Shown in pieces: positions 50,196 to 59,084 of a DNA stretch of 64,000 nt; position 1 is the first letter of the stretch, and every line of letters begins with the position of its first letter. The notes beneath the pieces are model-generated. The model searched no databases, was not told the origin of the DNA, and was given only the letters and a program-made list of their open reading frames with translations. Source of the stretch: an uncultured Bacteroidales bacterium (GTDB lineage Bacteria > Bacteroidota > Bacteroidia > Bacteroidales > UBA11471); assembly GCA_947625885.1 (NCBI GenBank), contig CANQQA010000006.1, positions 3,832-67,831 of the forward strand. Direction: 5' to 3'. Both the position numbers and the translations under genes were made by a program.

Positions 50196-50317
50196 TTATA
50201 TAAACTCTTCACTATTACTGCGATAAGCAAACGACCGACCGGCATTGTCTCGATTGCCCGTTTTTCCAACAAATAAAAAATTTTTTAGTCATCTTCATTG
50301 AAAACGATAAATATTAT

Positions 50318-50325
50318 TATCTTTG
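50318..50325 (+). promoter_or_regulatory. -7 promoter box (TATCTTTG)
   Basis: Exact TAnnTTTG, 27 nt upstream of ATG 50352. Confidence 0.5.
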
Positions 50326-50351
50326 CGCCAGTATCTTTAATTTACAATATT

Positions 50352-51248
50352 ATGAAAAGAAAAAACACTTGTTCCGATTTCTGCCTTTTTCAGATAGGCA
50401 GAAATTTTCTGTGGAAGAAATTTTCATTTCTTCTGATGTGCACGGTTATGGGCACACTCTCTACAACCGCACAAACCCGTAAAGTGGGAGATCCCATTGT
50501 GAAAGACGGAGTCCCTTGCGTCATAATTCAAGTGTACGACGAAGCCGGAAACCATGGATTGGCAATGTCATTGTCTCCAACAAAAAAAGCCCTTAAAGCA
50601 GCCAAAAAAACAGGAGAAATGAAATGGTTCTATTCTCCGAAAAAACTGAAAGGTTCCGACACAGGATTACAACAGGAATACCTGACAGAATATTACAATT
50701 ACATGAAATGTGACAGCTTAAAAATCCAAACTTCCGGAGTAAGTACGACAACACAACCCTCAACAAGTCATAGCGGCAAAGAGAATATGAAAAACGTTAT
50801 CGACTATTGCAACGAAAAAGGCATCGAAATGGAAATGTACTTTCCGGAATATGCGTGGGCGCAGAGTCTCGGTGAAGGCTGGTTTATTCCCGGAGTAGAT
50901 GAATTGGAATTGTATATTAAATTATGGGGGTATGAAGAATTTGGGAAAAAAATGCCATTAAAAAATTTCAATAAAACTATTATTAAAGACTTCAAGAAAG
51001 CCATTACAACACTTCTTGGCGATAGCGGAGATGCTATCTATTTCAAAGATGGAGCTTTACCCGGTATAAATTTTATTTCATCGACAATTGCAAAAACAAA
51101 AAATGTATCTCCTGCAATTTTATTGGCGGTTACTCTGCATATGCAAAATTATTGTGTAGCAGTATCTCAATCTTTTTTTAATTGGCTACAAGTCAAATCT
51201 CGTGGTACATTGCCAAACCCACATATCTGTGCCGTCTGTGAATTTTGA
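50352..51248 (+). CDS. hypothetical secreted protein, weakly DUF1566/Lcl-C-terminal-like
   Basis: Hydrophobic signal (FSFLLMCTVMGTLSTTAQ). The blocks GVPCVIIQVYDEAGNHGLAMS and LGEGWFIPGVDELELY resemble DUF1566-type domains, but this is memory only. Start set to ATG 50352. Confidence 0.5.
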   Translation: MKRKNTCSDFCLFQIGRNFLWKKFSFLLMCTVMGTLSTTAQTRKVGDPIVKDGVPCVIIQVYDEAGNHGLAMSLSPTKKALKAAKKTGEMKWFYSPKKLKGSDTGLQQEYLTEYYNYMKCDSLKIQTSGVSTTTQPSTSHSGKENMKNVIDYCNEKGIEMEMYFPEYAWAQSLGEGWFIPGVDELELYIKLWGYEEFGKKMPLKNFNKTIIKDFKKAITTLLGDSGDAIYFKDGALPGINFISSTIAKTKNVSPAILLAVTLHMQNYCVAVSQSFFNWLQVKSRGTLPNPHICAVCEF

Positions 51249-51268
51249 TTTCTCTAAACCATAAGAAA

Positions 51269-51940
51269 ATGAAAACAAAAAAAATCCTAATATCTCTTTC
51301 ATTGTTATTTCTGTTTGCCTCGTGTTCCACGCCGCTGCTCGTTACTCCGGTGAAACAGACCGAAAAAATCTATGAAAAAGAAAACATGGAATTTATCGGT
51401 TTCAAAAATACAAACAAAAACAACTCGCTTCTCAAAAACTTCGGAGCGGAACTCGAACGCCACCGCATCGCACTGAATCGTCAGGATTTCTATATGGGCG
51501 TCTATTCGTTTCAGGAATTGGAAAATTACAAATCGACGATGCGTTATATTTCGTTCGTCGATGTTTCCTCCCTCCACAACACTTGGGACGACGCCATATA
51601 CGACAAAGAAGGCTTGTTGGTAAGCGGGTGGATTATTGCCGGTGTAACTTGCTTCACGCTTTTTCCCGTATATGTGCCGATGATGTGCGCTTCCAACAAA
51701 AACTACTGCCAACTCGACGTCATGTGCAAATGTACGCTGTATGTATATGATACGGAACAAAAAGAGGTAGTACTCTCCATTCCGATGGAGTTCCGCGACA
51801 CGCAGGTGCTGAAAGGACAGTACGGCAACAAGCAGACCGACCGTAATGCCGTTACCGAACGGGGTCGCAATATGCTTTACAACGAATTTTTGAAATATTT
51901 CGATCGGGCATACCAATTCCTCGACAGCAAAAACAAATAG
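51269..51940 (+). CDS. hypothetical lipoprotein with one internal hydrophobic segment
   Basis: Lipobox LLFLFASCS and an internal segment LLVSGWIIAGVTCFTLFPVYVPMM. No family recognised. Start set to ATG 51269. Confidence 0.55.
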   Translation: MKTKKILISLSLLFLFASCSTPLLVTPVKQTEKIYEKENMEFIGFKNTNKNNSLLKNFGAELERHRIALNRQDFYMGVYSFQELENYKSTMRYISFVDVSSLHNTWDDAIYDKEGLLVSGWIIAGVTCFTLFPVYVPMMCASNKNYCQLDVMCKCTLYVYDTEQKEVVLSIPMEFRDTQVLKGQYGNKQTDRNAVTERGRNMLYNEFLKYFDRAYQFLDSKNK

Positions 51941-51957
51941 CGATAATTCTTGAAAAG

Positions 51958-51994
51958 AAAATAGCCGAATGAACATAAATCATTCGGCTATTTT
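51958..51994. terminator. bidirectional intrinsic terminator between convergent genes
   Basis: 15-bp stem aaaatagccgaatga / tcattcggctatttt, followed by T residues. Confidence 0.75.
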
Positions 51995-52025
51995 TTAATA
52001 ACGCTGTCTGCTTGCCGAAAAATCA

Positions 52026-53036
52026 TTACAGCCACTTTTCCTTTCGGTACCACGCGACGGTTTCGGCAACGCCGCGGTCGAGCGGGTAATCGGGCACGAA
52101 GCCCAGTTCGGTCTGCGCCGCCGTCGTGTCGCAAATCCAGTTGCGCTGTTTCATGATGCGGTACTTGTCGCGGTTGAGCGTACTCGTGCCGCCCGTCAGA
52201 GTCGCCGTTTTCTCGGCAATATACGAAACAACCCATAAAACGAACAGCGGCACGCGCACCGGCAGCACGAAGCGTTTGTGCAGCGCGCGGGCGGCATAGC
52301 GGCGGAACTGCGTGGAGCGGTACGCCCCGCCGTCGGAGAGGAAATAGCCCCGCCGTTTCACCCCCTTGTCGATAGCGAGAAAAATGGCTTTCACCAAATC
52401 TTTCACATAGATGAACGTGATGAGCTGCTTGCGGTAGCCGACCGAAAAGTCGAAGCCCGCCTTAATCGTTTTCATCATCAGGAAGTAATCTTTTTCGCGC
52501 GGACCATAGACCCCGGTGGGGCGCATGAACACATACGGGAAATCGGGCATTGCCTCCAAAGCCCGCTCGGCAAGGAGTTTGCTTTTCCCGTAAAAGGTGT
52601 TGGGGCGCGGCTCGTCGTCGGGTCGTATGGGAGTGAAAGTGCGTTCGTCGCCCACGCCCCACGCGCTGAGGCTGCTCATCATGATAAATTGGTCGGGCAC
52701 GCAGCCGACCTCCGTAAGCGCGGCGGCAAAATTGGAGACGAATGTGCAGTTGATGCGTTCGAAATCGGCATTGTTTCTGCATTTCGTCGCACCGAGATTG
52801 TGTACGATGTAATCCCACCTGCCCACTTCGGCAAGCTGCCGGAGCAGCTGTTTTTTGAGCGTCTCCCTGTCGCCGAAACAGAGGTCGATGAAATGAATGT
52901 TCCCGTCTTGGAGGTATTCGCGGCTCGTCGTGGCGCGCACGCCCGCCCACGTTTCATAGCCTCGCCGCAGGGCTTCTTCTACGATGAAACCGCCGATGAA
53001 ACCGCCGGCGCCCGTTATCAATATCCGTTTTTGCAT
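52026..53036 (-). CDS. NAD-dependent epimerase/dehydratase family protein (extended SDR)
   Basis: Rossmann motif ILITGAGGFIGG and catalytic YGKSK. Confidence 0.88.
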   Translation of the reverse strand: MQKRILITGAGGFIGGFIVEEALRRGYETWAGVRATTSREYLQDGNIHFIDLCFGDRETLKKQLLRQLAEVGRWDYIVHNLGATKCRNNADFERINCTFVSNFAAALTEVGCVPDQFIMMSSLSAWGVGDERTFTPIRPDDEPRPNTFYGKSKLLAERALEAMPDFPYVFMRPTGVYGPREKDYFLMMKTIKAGFDFSVGYRKQLITFIYVKDLVKAIFLAIDKGVKRRGYFLSDGGAYRSTQFRRYAARALHKRFVLPVRVPLFVLWVVSYIAEKTATLTGGTSTLNRDKYRIMKQRNWICDTTAAQTELGFVPDYPLDRGVAETVAWYRKEKWL

Positions 53037-53054
53037 ATCCGTATGATTCTCTTT

Positions 53055-53062
53055 TCAAAGAT
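53055..53062 (-). promoter_or_regulatory. -7 promoter box (TATCTTTG) for the epimerase gene
   Basis: Plus-strand caaagata, 19 nt upstream of ATG 53036. Confidence 0.5.
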
Positions 53063-53179
53063 ACAAAAGGTTTGTTCAACTTTACAATCGAAGAGGCTTA
53101 TTTTCGATTTTTCGTATTTCATGCCCCTTTATACGGTGATAATTACCAACTTTTAATTCTCTATATGGAATATCTTTCT

Positions 53180-53187
53180 TATCTTTG
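53180..53187 (+). promoter_or_regulatory. -7 promoter box (TATCTTTG)
   Basis: Exact TAnnTTTG, 40 nt upstream of ATG 53227. Confidence 0.5.
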
Positions 53188-53226
53188 CCGAAATATTGTG
53201 AATCTCACTATTCGATAATTGCAATT

Positions 53227-56200
53227 ATGAAACAATACAAATTGTTGAACAACCTGTTAGGTTGGGTCGTCTTTGTCATTGCTGCGGTAACTTATATCCT
53301 CACGCTCGAACCGACAGCGAGCTTTTGGGACTGCGGCGAATTTATTTCTTCGGCATACAAATTTGAAGTGGGACACCCGCCGGGAAACCCCGTTTTCATG
53401 CTGACGGGGCGCTTCTTTGCCAACTTCGCTTCCGACCCCTCGCACGTGGCTTATATGATAAACCTCATGTCGGCACTGTTGAGTGCGGGCACCATACTGT
53501 TCCTATTCTGGACGATAACGCGGCTCGCACGCAAAATCATCGTGAAAGCCGGCGAGGAAATATCGCTCGCGCAAACGATAACGGTGCTTGCCTGCGGCGC
53601 AGTGGGCGCGCTGGCTTACACGTGGAGCGACACGTTCTGGTTTTCCGCCGTCGAAGGTGAGGTATATGCCTATTCCTCTTTCTGCACGGCGCTGGTGTTC
53701 TGGCTCATTCTCAAATGGGAAGATGTCGCCGACGAACCGCACTCCGACCGCTACATCGTACTTATTGCCTACATCATAGGCATTTCCATTGCCGTACACC
53801 TGCTCAACCTGCTGACGATACCGGCATTGGTGCTTGTCTACTATTTCCGCAAATTCAACAACCCGACGGTAAAAGGCTCTATCGTGGCGCTGCTGCTCTC
53901 TTTCGCCGGCATCGTATTCCTTCTCTACGGTCTCGTACCGGGATTCGTGAAAGTTGCCGGTTGGGCGGAACTGTTGTGTGTAAACGGGATGGGAATGCCA
54001 TTCAATACGGGTGTGGTACTCTACTTCATACTTGTCATTGCCTGCATCGTATGGGGATTGTATGAAACCTATCAGCGTCAAAACGAAACCCGTCTGCGCC
54101 TGTCGTTCCTCATAAGCGTGATACTGGTGGGTCTGCCTTTCATCAGCAGCAAAATATGGGTAGGTATCCTTATTTCGACAGCACTGGCTATTTATCTGTT
54201 TTACAATAAAAAACTGTCGGTGCGCCTGCTCAACATGGTATTGGTGTCGATATTGGTTATCTTTATCGGATACTCCTCCTACGCCATTATCGTGATACGC
54301 TCGTCTGCCAATACGCCGATGGACCAAAATTCGCCGGAAGACGTTTTTGCATTGGGCAGCTACCTCAACCGCGAACAATACGGCGATAGACCGCTGCTGT
54401 ACGGGCAAACTTTCGTAGCCGAAATATCGAGAGACGCCAACGGCGTGCCGCGCTCGGTGGAAGGAGCGGCTATCTGGGCGAAAAAAATCAAGGAGTCTCC
54501 CAACGAACACGACCGGTACGAAATCATCGACCACAAACAAAATTATATCTATATACCCGAACTTTGTACGTTTTTCCCGCGTATGTACTCTTCCGAAAGC
54601 AACCACGTACAGGCTTACAAAGAATGGTCGGGTTACAAGGGAAAACAGGTAAGAGTGAACGGGCGGCTCTATCGCAAACCCACATTCGGCGAGAACTTGA
54701 AATTTTTCTTCGACTATCAAGTCAATTTCATGTACTGGCGCTACTTCATGTGGAATTTTGTCGGTCGCCAGAACGACATACAGGGTAACGGCGACGTTGC
54801 TTACGGAAACTGGATTACCGGCTTCGACTTCATCGATAACCAACTGGTCGGCGACCAATCGCTGCTGCCTACGGAATTGAAAGAAAACAAGGGGCATAAC
54901 GTCTTCTATATGCTGCCCCTGTTGTTAGGAATCTTGGGATTGTTGCTCCAACTCTACTCGGGCAAAAAAGGTATCGAGAGTTTCTGGGTGGTCTTTTTCT
55001 TTTTCTTCATGACGGGACTGGCAATTGTGATTTACCTCAATCAAACACCTTATCAGCCGCGTGAACGGGACTATGCATATGCCGGTTCGTTCTATGCCTT
55101 CTCCATTTGGATAGGTCTCGGAACGGCAGCCATATACAAATTTCTGAGCCGACAGATAAATCCCGTCGTGTCAGCTTCCATCGCCGCCGTCGTATCGCTC
55201 GTCGTTCCCTTGCAAATGGTAGGGCAGACGTGGGACGATCATGACCGTTCGGGACGTTACACCTGCCGCGACTTCGGAAAAAACTATCTCTCGTCCGTCG
55301 ATGAAAACGGCATCATATTCACAAACGGCGACAACGATACCTTCCCCTTGTGGTATGCTCAGGAAACCGAAGGCTACCGCACCGACGTGCGCGTATGCAA
55401 CCTCTCTTACCTGCAAACCGACTGGTATGTGAACCAGATGAAGTCGCAGGCTTACGAGTCGGCTCCGCTGCCCATATCCATGAAAGAGTCGCAATACGGA
55501 AACAAAAAACGCGAGTATGCCTACGTCTTCGACAGAGTGGATTACCCTGTTTCTGTAAGGGCTGCTATGAACTATTTCCTGTCAGACAACGAAAATACCA
55601 AGAGAGTGCCCGGATATGGAAATATCAACCACCTGCCTACGGGAAATCTCTATATAAGCATAGACAAAGATGCCGCAGCTGCATCGGGTATCGTTCCGGA
55701 AGATTATCTAAACGATATTGTCGATACAATGAATCTTCCTATATCGAAAAATATTCTTTTGCTGAACGATCTTTCCGTACTCGATATGCTTGCCACCAAT
55801 GCAGAGGAGGGTTGGAAACGTCCCATCTACTTTGCTACTACGGTAGATCCCAATATGTTTATAGAAACAGACAAATACTTCATGCGCACCGGTATGGCTT
55901 ACAAAATCGTTCCTGTAAATCTTGACAATGAAAGAAATGATTATGCCATAGATACGGATAAAATGTATGACAATGTCATGAATAAATTCGTATGGGGAGG
56001 TATAGACACCATACCCGATATTTATCTGGACGAAACCATACGGCGTATGTGCTACTCCTACCGCATCATGTTCACGGATCTGACCAATCAGCTGCTGAAA
56101 GAAAACAAAGTAGAGAAAGCTGCTAAAGCTCTCGACTACTGTATGAAAAAAATACCGGAAACAGCTGTACGGCACAATTATATGTCCTTGCAGTTGGCTT

Positions 56201-56469
56201 TGAACTACTACAATGTAAATCAACCGGAAAAAGGTAAAGAGTTGATGAAAAAAATAGCAGACAATGCTCTCGAATACATAACATGGATAAATTCTCTCGA
56301 TAACGATAAAAAACGTTCTATACAAAGAGAATACGTCTATAATGAGAGAGTGTTGATGGAGCAAATCATACCTTCTCTCTACAAAACAGGCGAAGAACAG
56401 ATGGCAAACGAATATTTTCAAGCTGCTGTCGCCGCCGGTGTAAATGCAAACAAATATTATAAACGATAA
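53227..56469 (+). CDS. DUF2723-domain polytopic membrane protein (GT-C-like putative glycosyltransferase, TMEM260-related) with a C-terminal helical-repeat domain
   Basis: N-terminal block LEPTASFWDCGEFISSAYKFEVGHPPGNPVF, which I recognise as typical of DUF2723, about 12 TM segments, and a soluble C-terminal half. Start set to ATG 53227. Confidence 0.8.
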   Translation: MKQYKLLNNLLGWVVFVIAAVTYILTLEPTASFWDCGEFISSAYKFEVGHPPGNPVFMLTGRFFANFASDPSHVAYMINLMSALLSAGTILFLFWTITRLARKIIVKAGEEISLAQTITVLACGAVGALAYTWSDTFWFSAVEGEVYAYSSFCTALVFWLILKWEDVADEPHSDRYIVLIAYIIGISIAVHLLNLLTIPALVLVYYFRKFNNPTVKGSIVALLLSFAGIVFLLYGLVPGFVKVAGWAELLCVNGMGMPFNTGVVLYFILVIACIVWGLYETYQRQNETRLRLSFLISVILVGLPFISSKIWVGILISTALAIYLFYNKKLSVRLLNMVLVSILVIFIGYSSYAIIVIRSSANTPMDQNSPEDVFALGSYLNREQYGDRPLLYGQTFVAEISRDANGVPRSVEGAAIWAKKIKESPNEHDRYEIIDHKQNYIYIPELCTFFPRMYSSESNHVQAYKEWSGYKGKQVRVNGRLYRKPTFGENLKFFFDYQVNFMYWRYFMWNFVGRQNDIQGNGDVAYGNWITGFDFIDNQLVGDQSLLPTELKENKGHNVFYMLPLLLGILGLLLQLYSGKKGIESFWVVFFFFFMTGLAIVIYLNQTPYQPRERDYAYAGSFYAFSIWIGLGTAAIYKFLSRQINPVVSASIAAVVSLVVPLQMVGQTWDDHDRSGRYTCRDFGKNYLSSVDENGIIFTNGDNDTFPLWYAQETEGYRTDVRVCNLSYLQTDWYVNQMKSQAYESAPLPISMKESQYGNKKREYAYVFDRVDYPVSVRAAMNYFLSDNENTKRVPGYGNINHLPTGNLYISIDKDAAAASGIVPEDYLNDIVDTMNLPISKNILLLNDLSVLDMLATNAEEGWKRPIYFATTVDPNMFIETDKYFMRTGMAYKIVPVNLDNERNDYAIDTDKMYDNVMNKFVWGGIDTIPDIYLDETIRRMCYSYRIMFTDLTNQLLKENKVEKAAKALDYCMKKIPETAVRHNYMSLQLALNYYNVNQPEKGKELMKKIADNALEYITWINSLDNDKKRSIQREYVYNERVLMEQIIPSLYKTGEEQMANEYFQAAVAAGVNANKYYKR

Positions 56470-56473
56470 ATAC

Positions 56474-56508
56474 AAATGATAGGGTATAAGTTTTATACCC
56501 TATCATTT
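56474..56508 (+). terminator. strong stem-loop after the DUF2723 gene, 8 nt before the next ATG
   Basis: Perfect 16-bp stem aaatgatagggtataa / ttataccctatcattt, 3-nt loop, followed by tttatttt. Confidence 0.7.
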
Positions 56509-56516
56509 TTTATTTT

Positions 56517-57125
56517 ATGTTCATAGAACGACCTCCTTTTTTCTACCGCATGTTGTACCCCGAAACGATATGGAGACAACCTTGCAGAGAAAAAACCGTC
56601 TATCTTACTTTCGACGACGGTCCCGTACCTGAAATAACTCCATGGGTACTTAATCTGTTGGACTATTATCAAATAAAAGCCACTTTTTTCTGTGTGGGAG
56701 AAAATGTTGCGCGCAATAAAAGTTTGTATGAAGAAATTTTGAAAAGAGGTCATCATACGGGCAATCATACGATGAACCACATACAAGGCATAAAATACAG
56801 TACACATAATTATATGTATAATGTAGAGGCAGCCAATCATCTTATAAACAGTGTGTTGTTTCGTCCTCCACACGGACATTTACGGTTGGCGCAAGCCCGA
56901 AAACTAAGAGATAAATATAAAATCATCATGTGGGACGTCGTTACACGCGATTATAGTAAAAAACTCTCGGGAGAAAAAGTATTCGACAATGTAAAAAAAT
57001 ATACGCGCAACGGTTCCATTATTGTATTTCACGACTCTCTCAAAGGCGAAAAAAATCTTCGTTACGCCCTTCCCAAATCCATAGAATGGCTCAAAAAAGA
57101 GAATTATAATTTTGCTCTTCTTTGA
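56517..57125 (+). CDS. polysaccharide deacetylase (NodB homology, CE4) family protein
   Basis: YLTFDDGP motif and the His block HHTGNHTMNH. Confidence 0.88.
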   Translation: MFIERPPFFYRMLYPETIWRQPCREKTVYLTFDDGPVPEITPWVLNLLDYYQIKATFFCVGENVARNKSLYEEILKRGHHTGNHTMNHIQGIKYSTHNYMYNVEAANHLINSVLFRPPHGHLRLAQARKLRDKYKIIMWDVVTRDYSKKLSGEKVFDNVKKYTRNGSIIVFHDSLKGEKNLRYALPKSIEWLKKENYNFALL

Positions 57126-57126
57126 A

Positions 57127-58104
57127 TTATAATCCTAACCGTGCAGATATATCGAGCATTCTCCGAATAGGTATCAAAGCCTTTTCGGCAATATCTTTAT
57201 CTACTATTATTTCAGGAGTTTCGTTCAACAAACATTTATACAGTTTTTCCAACGTATTCAGTCGCATATAATTGCATTCATTACAAGCGCACGCAGCATC
57301 TTCGGGAGGCGCCGGTATAAATTCTTTGTCCGGACACTGTTTCTGCATTTCATGCAATATACCCGATTCCGTAGCCACTATAAACTGTTTTTTATCGAAA
57401 TTTATCGCATATTTCAAAAGCGCTGCCGTAGAACCTATTTTATCCGCCATTTGCAACAATACTTGTTTGCATTCGGGGTGAGCCAATATTTCGGCTTGCG
57501 GATATTTCTTTTTCAATGCCAATATCTTTTCGACCGAAAACTGTTCATGCACATGACAAGCTCCATTCCATAACTTCATATTCCGACCCGTAATACTATT
57601 TATATAATTGCCGAGATTGCGATCGGGACCGAATATTATTTTTTCATTTTTAGGAAAACTCTCTACAATCTGCCGTGCATTGGTCGATGTAACCACCACA
57701 TCGGTACAAGCCTTTACCGCCGCAGAAGTATTTACATATGAAATAACCGTGTAACCTTTGTTTTCCTCCACAAATTTACTAAATTTGTCGGCAGGACAAC
57801 TGTCTGCCAACGAACAACCGGCATTTGCATCGGGTACAAGCACTTTTTTATCTGGACACAATATCTTGGCTGTTTCTCCCATGAAATGCACGCCGCAAAC
57901 GACTATCACATCGGCATCGGTCTTGGCAGCCCATTGTGCTAATGCCAAACTGTCGCCCACGTAATCAGCTATGTCCTGCAACTCTCCACGTTGGTAATAG
58001 TGTGCCAATATGAGACAGTTTTTTTCTTTACGCAAACGATTGATTTCTTCTATCAAATGTTTTTTGTTTTCCGTACACGAATTGGAGGGACAGTTGTTCA
58101 TCAT
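57127..58104 (-). CDS. nadA: quinolinate synthase
   Basis: Conserved VVCGVHFMGETAKIL and AHPEC blocks; 325 aa. Confidence 0.95.
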   Translation of the reverse strand: MMNNCPSNSCTENKKHLIEEINRLRKEKNCLILAHYYQRGELQDIADYVGDSLALAQWAAKTDADVIVVCGVHFMGETAKILCPDKKVLVPDANAGCSLADSCPADKFSKFVEENKGYTVISYVNTSAAVKACTDVVVTSTNARQIVESFPKNEKIIFGPDRNLGNYINSITGRNMKLWNGACHVHEQFSVEKILALKKKYPQAEILAHPECKQVLLQMADKIGSTAALLKYAINFDKKQFIVATESGILHEMQKQCPDKEFIPAPPEDAACACNECNYMRLNTLEKLYKCLLNETPEIIVDKDIAEKALIPIRRMLDISARLGL

Positions 58105-58157
58105 TATATTTATATTTAATTTTATTTCAAAGAAATATTTTACTGATGATATTACCT

Positions 58158-58174
58158 TGTTGATAACAGGTATA
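58158..58174. repeat. left arm of an imperfect inverted repeat (TGTTGATAACAGGTATA)
   Basis: Matches the reverse complement of 58470-58486 at 15 of 17 positions (10 contiguous, then 2 mismatches, then 5). Confidence 0.6.
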
Positions 58175-58469
58175 ATTAGTTTTCGTTTTATTTGTTTTTC
58201 TTGTTATGAAAATATTATATTGCTTTTATATGAAAGTTATCACTATCTTTTTTATTTTGTATGAATGATTTACGTGTTTATTCAACATGTGTTCATAATC
58301 CACAAAGTTATGTATTTTCTTTGTATTTACAGTGAATAGAACGCTTAATTTGATGTAATAAATAAGATATAAGAAAGTATATTTTTCTACTGTAAGAATG
58401 AAAAACCTTTATATATGGAGATGATTTTTTATTGTGCAAATATATTTTTCATTTTTGTATTCATATTTA

Positions 58470-58486
58470 TATACAGGTTATCAACA
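58470..58486. repeat. right arm of an imperfect inverted repeat (TATACAGGTTATCAACA)
   Basis: Its reverse complement TGTTGATAACCTGTATA pairs with 58158-58174. The arms enclose 295 bp. Confidence 0.6.
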
Positions 58487-58526
58487 GAATTGTACACATA
58501 TATTTTGTCATGTTTTTTTATTGTAT

Positions 58527-58534
58527 TATTTTTG
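58527..58534 (+). promoter_or_regulatory. -7 promoter box (TATTTTTG)
   Basis: Exact TAnnTTTG, 17 nt upstream of ATG 58551. Confidence 0.45.
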
Positions 58535-58550
58535 CAATAAATATTTGTAT

Positions 58551-59084
58551 ATGAGAAAGAAAACTATATTCGATATTCACCGTATATCTGTTGAGGAGTT
58601 TCGTAAATCCAACAAAATACCTTTGGTAGTGGTACTCGACAATGTGCGCAGCCTCAATAATGTAGGATCTGTTTTTCGCACAAGCGATGCTTTTCGTGTG
58701 GAAACTGTTTATTTGTGCGGCATAACGGCAACGCCTCCGCACCCGGAGATACACAAAACAGCTCTCGGAGCGGAAGACAGTGTCGCGTGGCATTATGAAG
58801 AAGATACATTGACATTAATAAATAATCTCATAAAAGACGATTATGAGGTATATGCCATAGAACAGGTGGAAGATAGTATTTCATTGACGGAATTGAAGTT
58901 GGATAGAAATAAAAAGTATGCCGTCGTATTAGGCAATGAAGTGAAAGGAGTACAGCAGGAAGTTGTGGACAAGTGTATTCAAAGCATAGAAATACCGCAA
59001 TACGGAACAAAACATTCGTTAAACGTATCGGTAACTGCCGGAATTGTGATATGGAGTTTTTTCAAACAATTGTTTGAAAAATAA
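58551..59084 (+). CDS. SpoU/TrmH family RNA 2'-O-methyltransferase
   Basis: SPOUT motifs VLDNVRSLNNVGSVFRTSDAF, VVLGNEVKGV and IPQYGTKHSLNVSVTAGIVIW. Start set to ATG 58551. Confidence 0.88.
   Translation: MRKKTIFDIHRISVEEFRKSNKIPLVVVLDNVRSLNNVGSVFRTSDAFRVETVYLCGITATPPHPEIHKTALGAEDSVAWHYEEDTLTLINNLIKDDYEVYAIEQVEDSISLTELKLDRNKKYAVVLGNEVKGVQQEVVDKCIQSIEIPQYGTKHSLNVSVTAGIVIWSFFKQLFEK

Noticed and set aside
43938-50272. Series of 560-641-aa minus-strand ORFs antisense to the TPR, beta-barrel and topA genes
   Set aside because: All three mirror the boundaries of plus-strand genes that have signal peptides or motifs. Their composition is typical of antisense frames.
58206-58268. 20-codon hydrophobic mini-ORF (MKILYCFYMKVITIFFILYE) in the AT-rich nadA/SpoU intergenic region, plus the 84-aa ORF 58010..58264
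   Set aside because: AT-rich DNA generates Phe/Ile/Tyr/Lys-rich ORFs by chance. There is no promoter box in the right position. The 84-aa ORF mostly overlaps the nadA 5' end in antisense.
58105-58302. Possible NAD+/nadA-type riboswitch in the nadA leader
   Set aside because: I could not find the paired-domain structure or conserved bulged stems. The region is nearly unstructured AT-rich sequence. Only a covariance-model scan could settle this.
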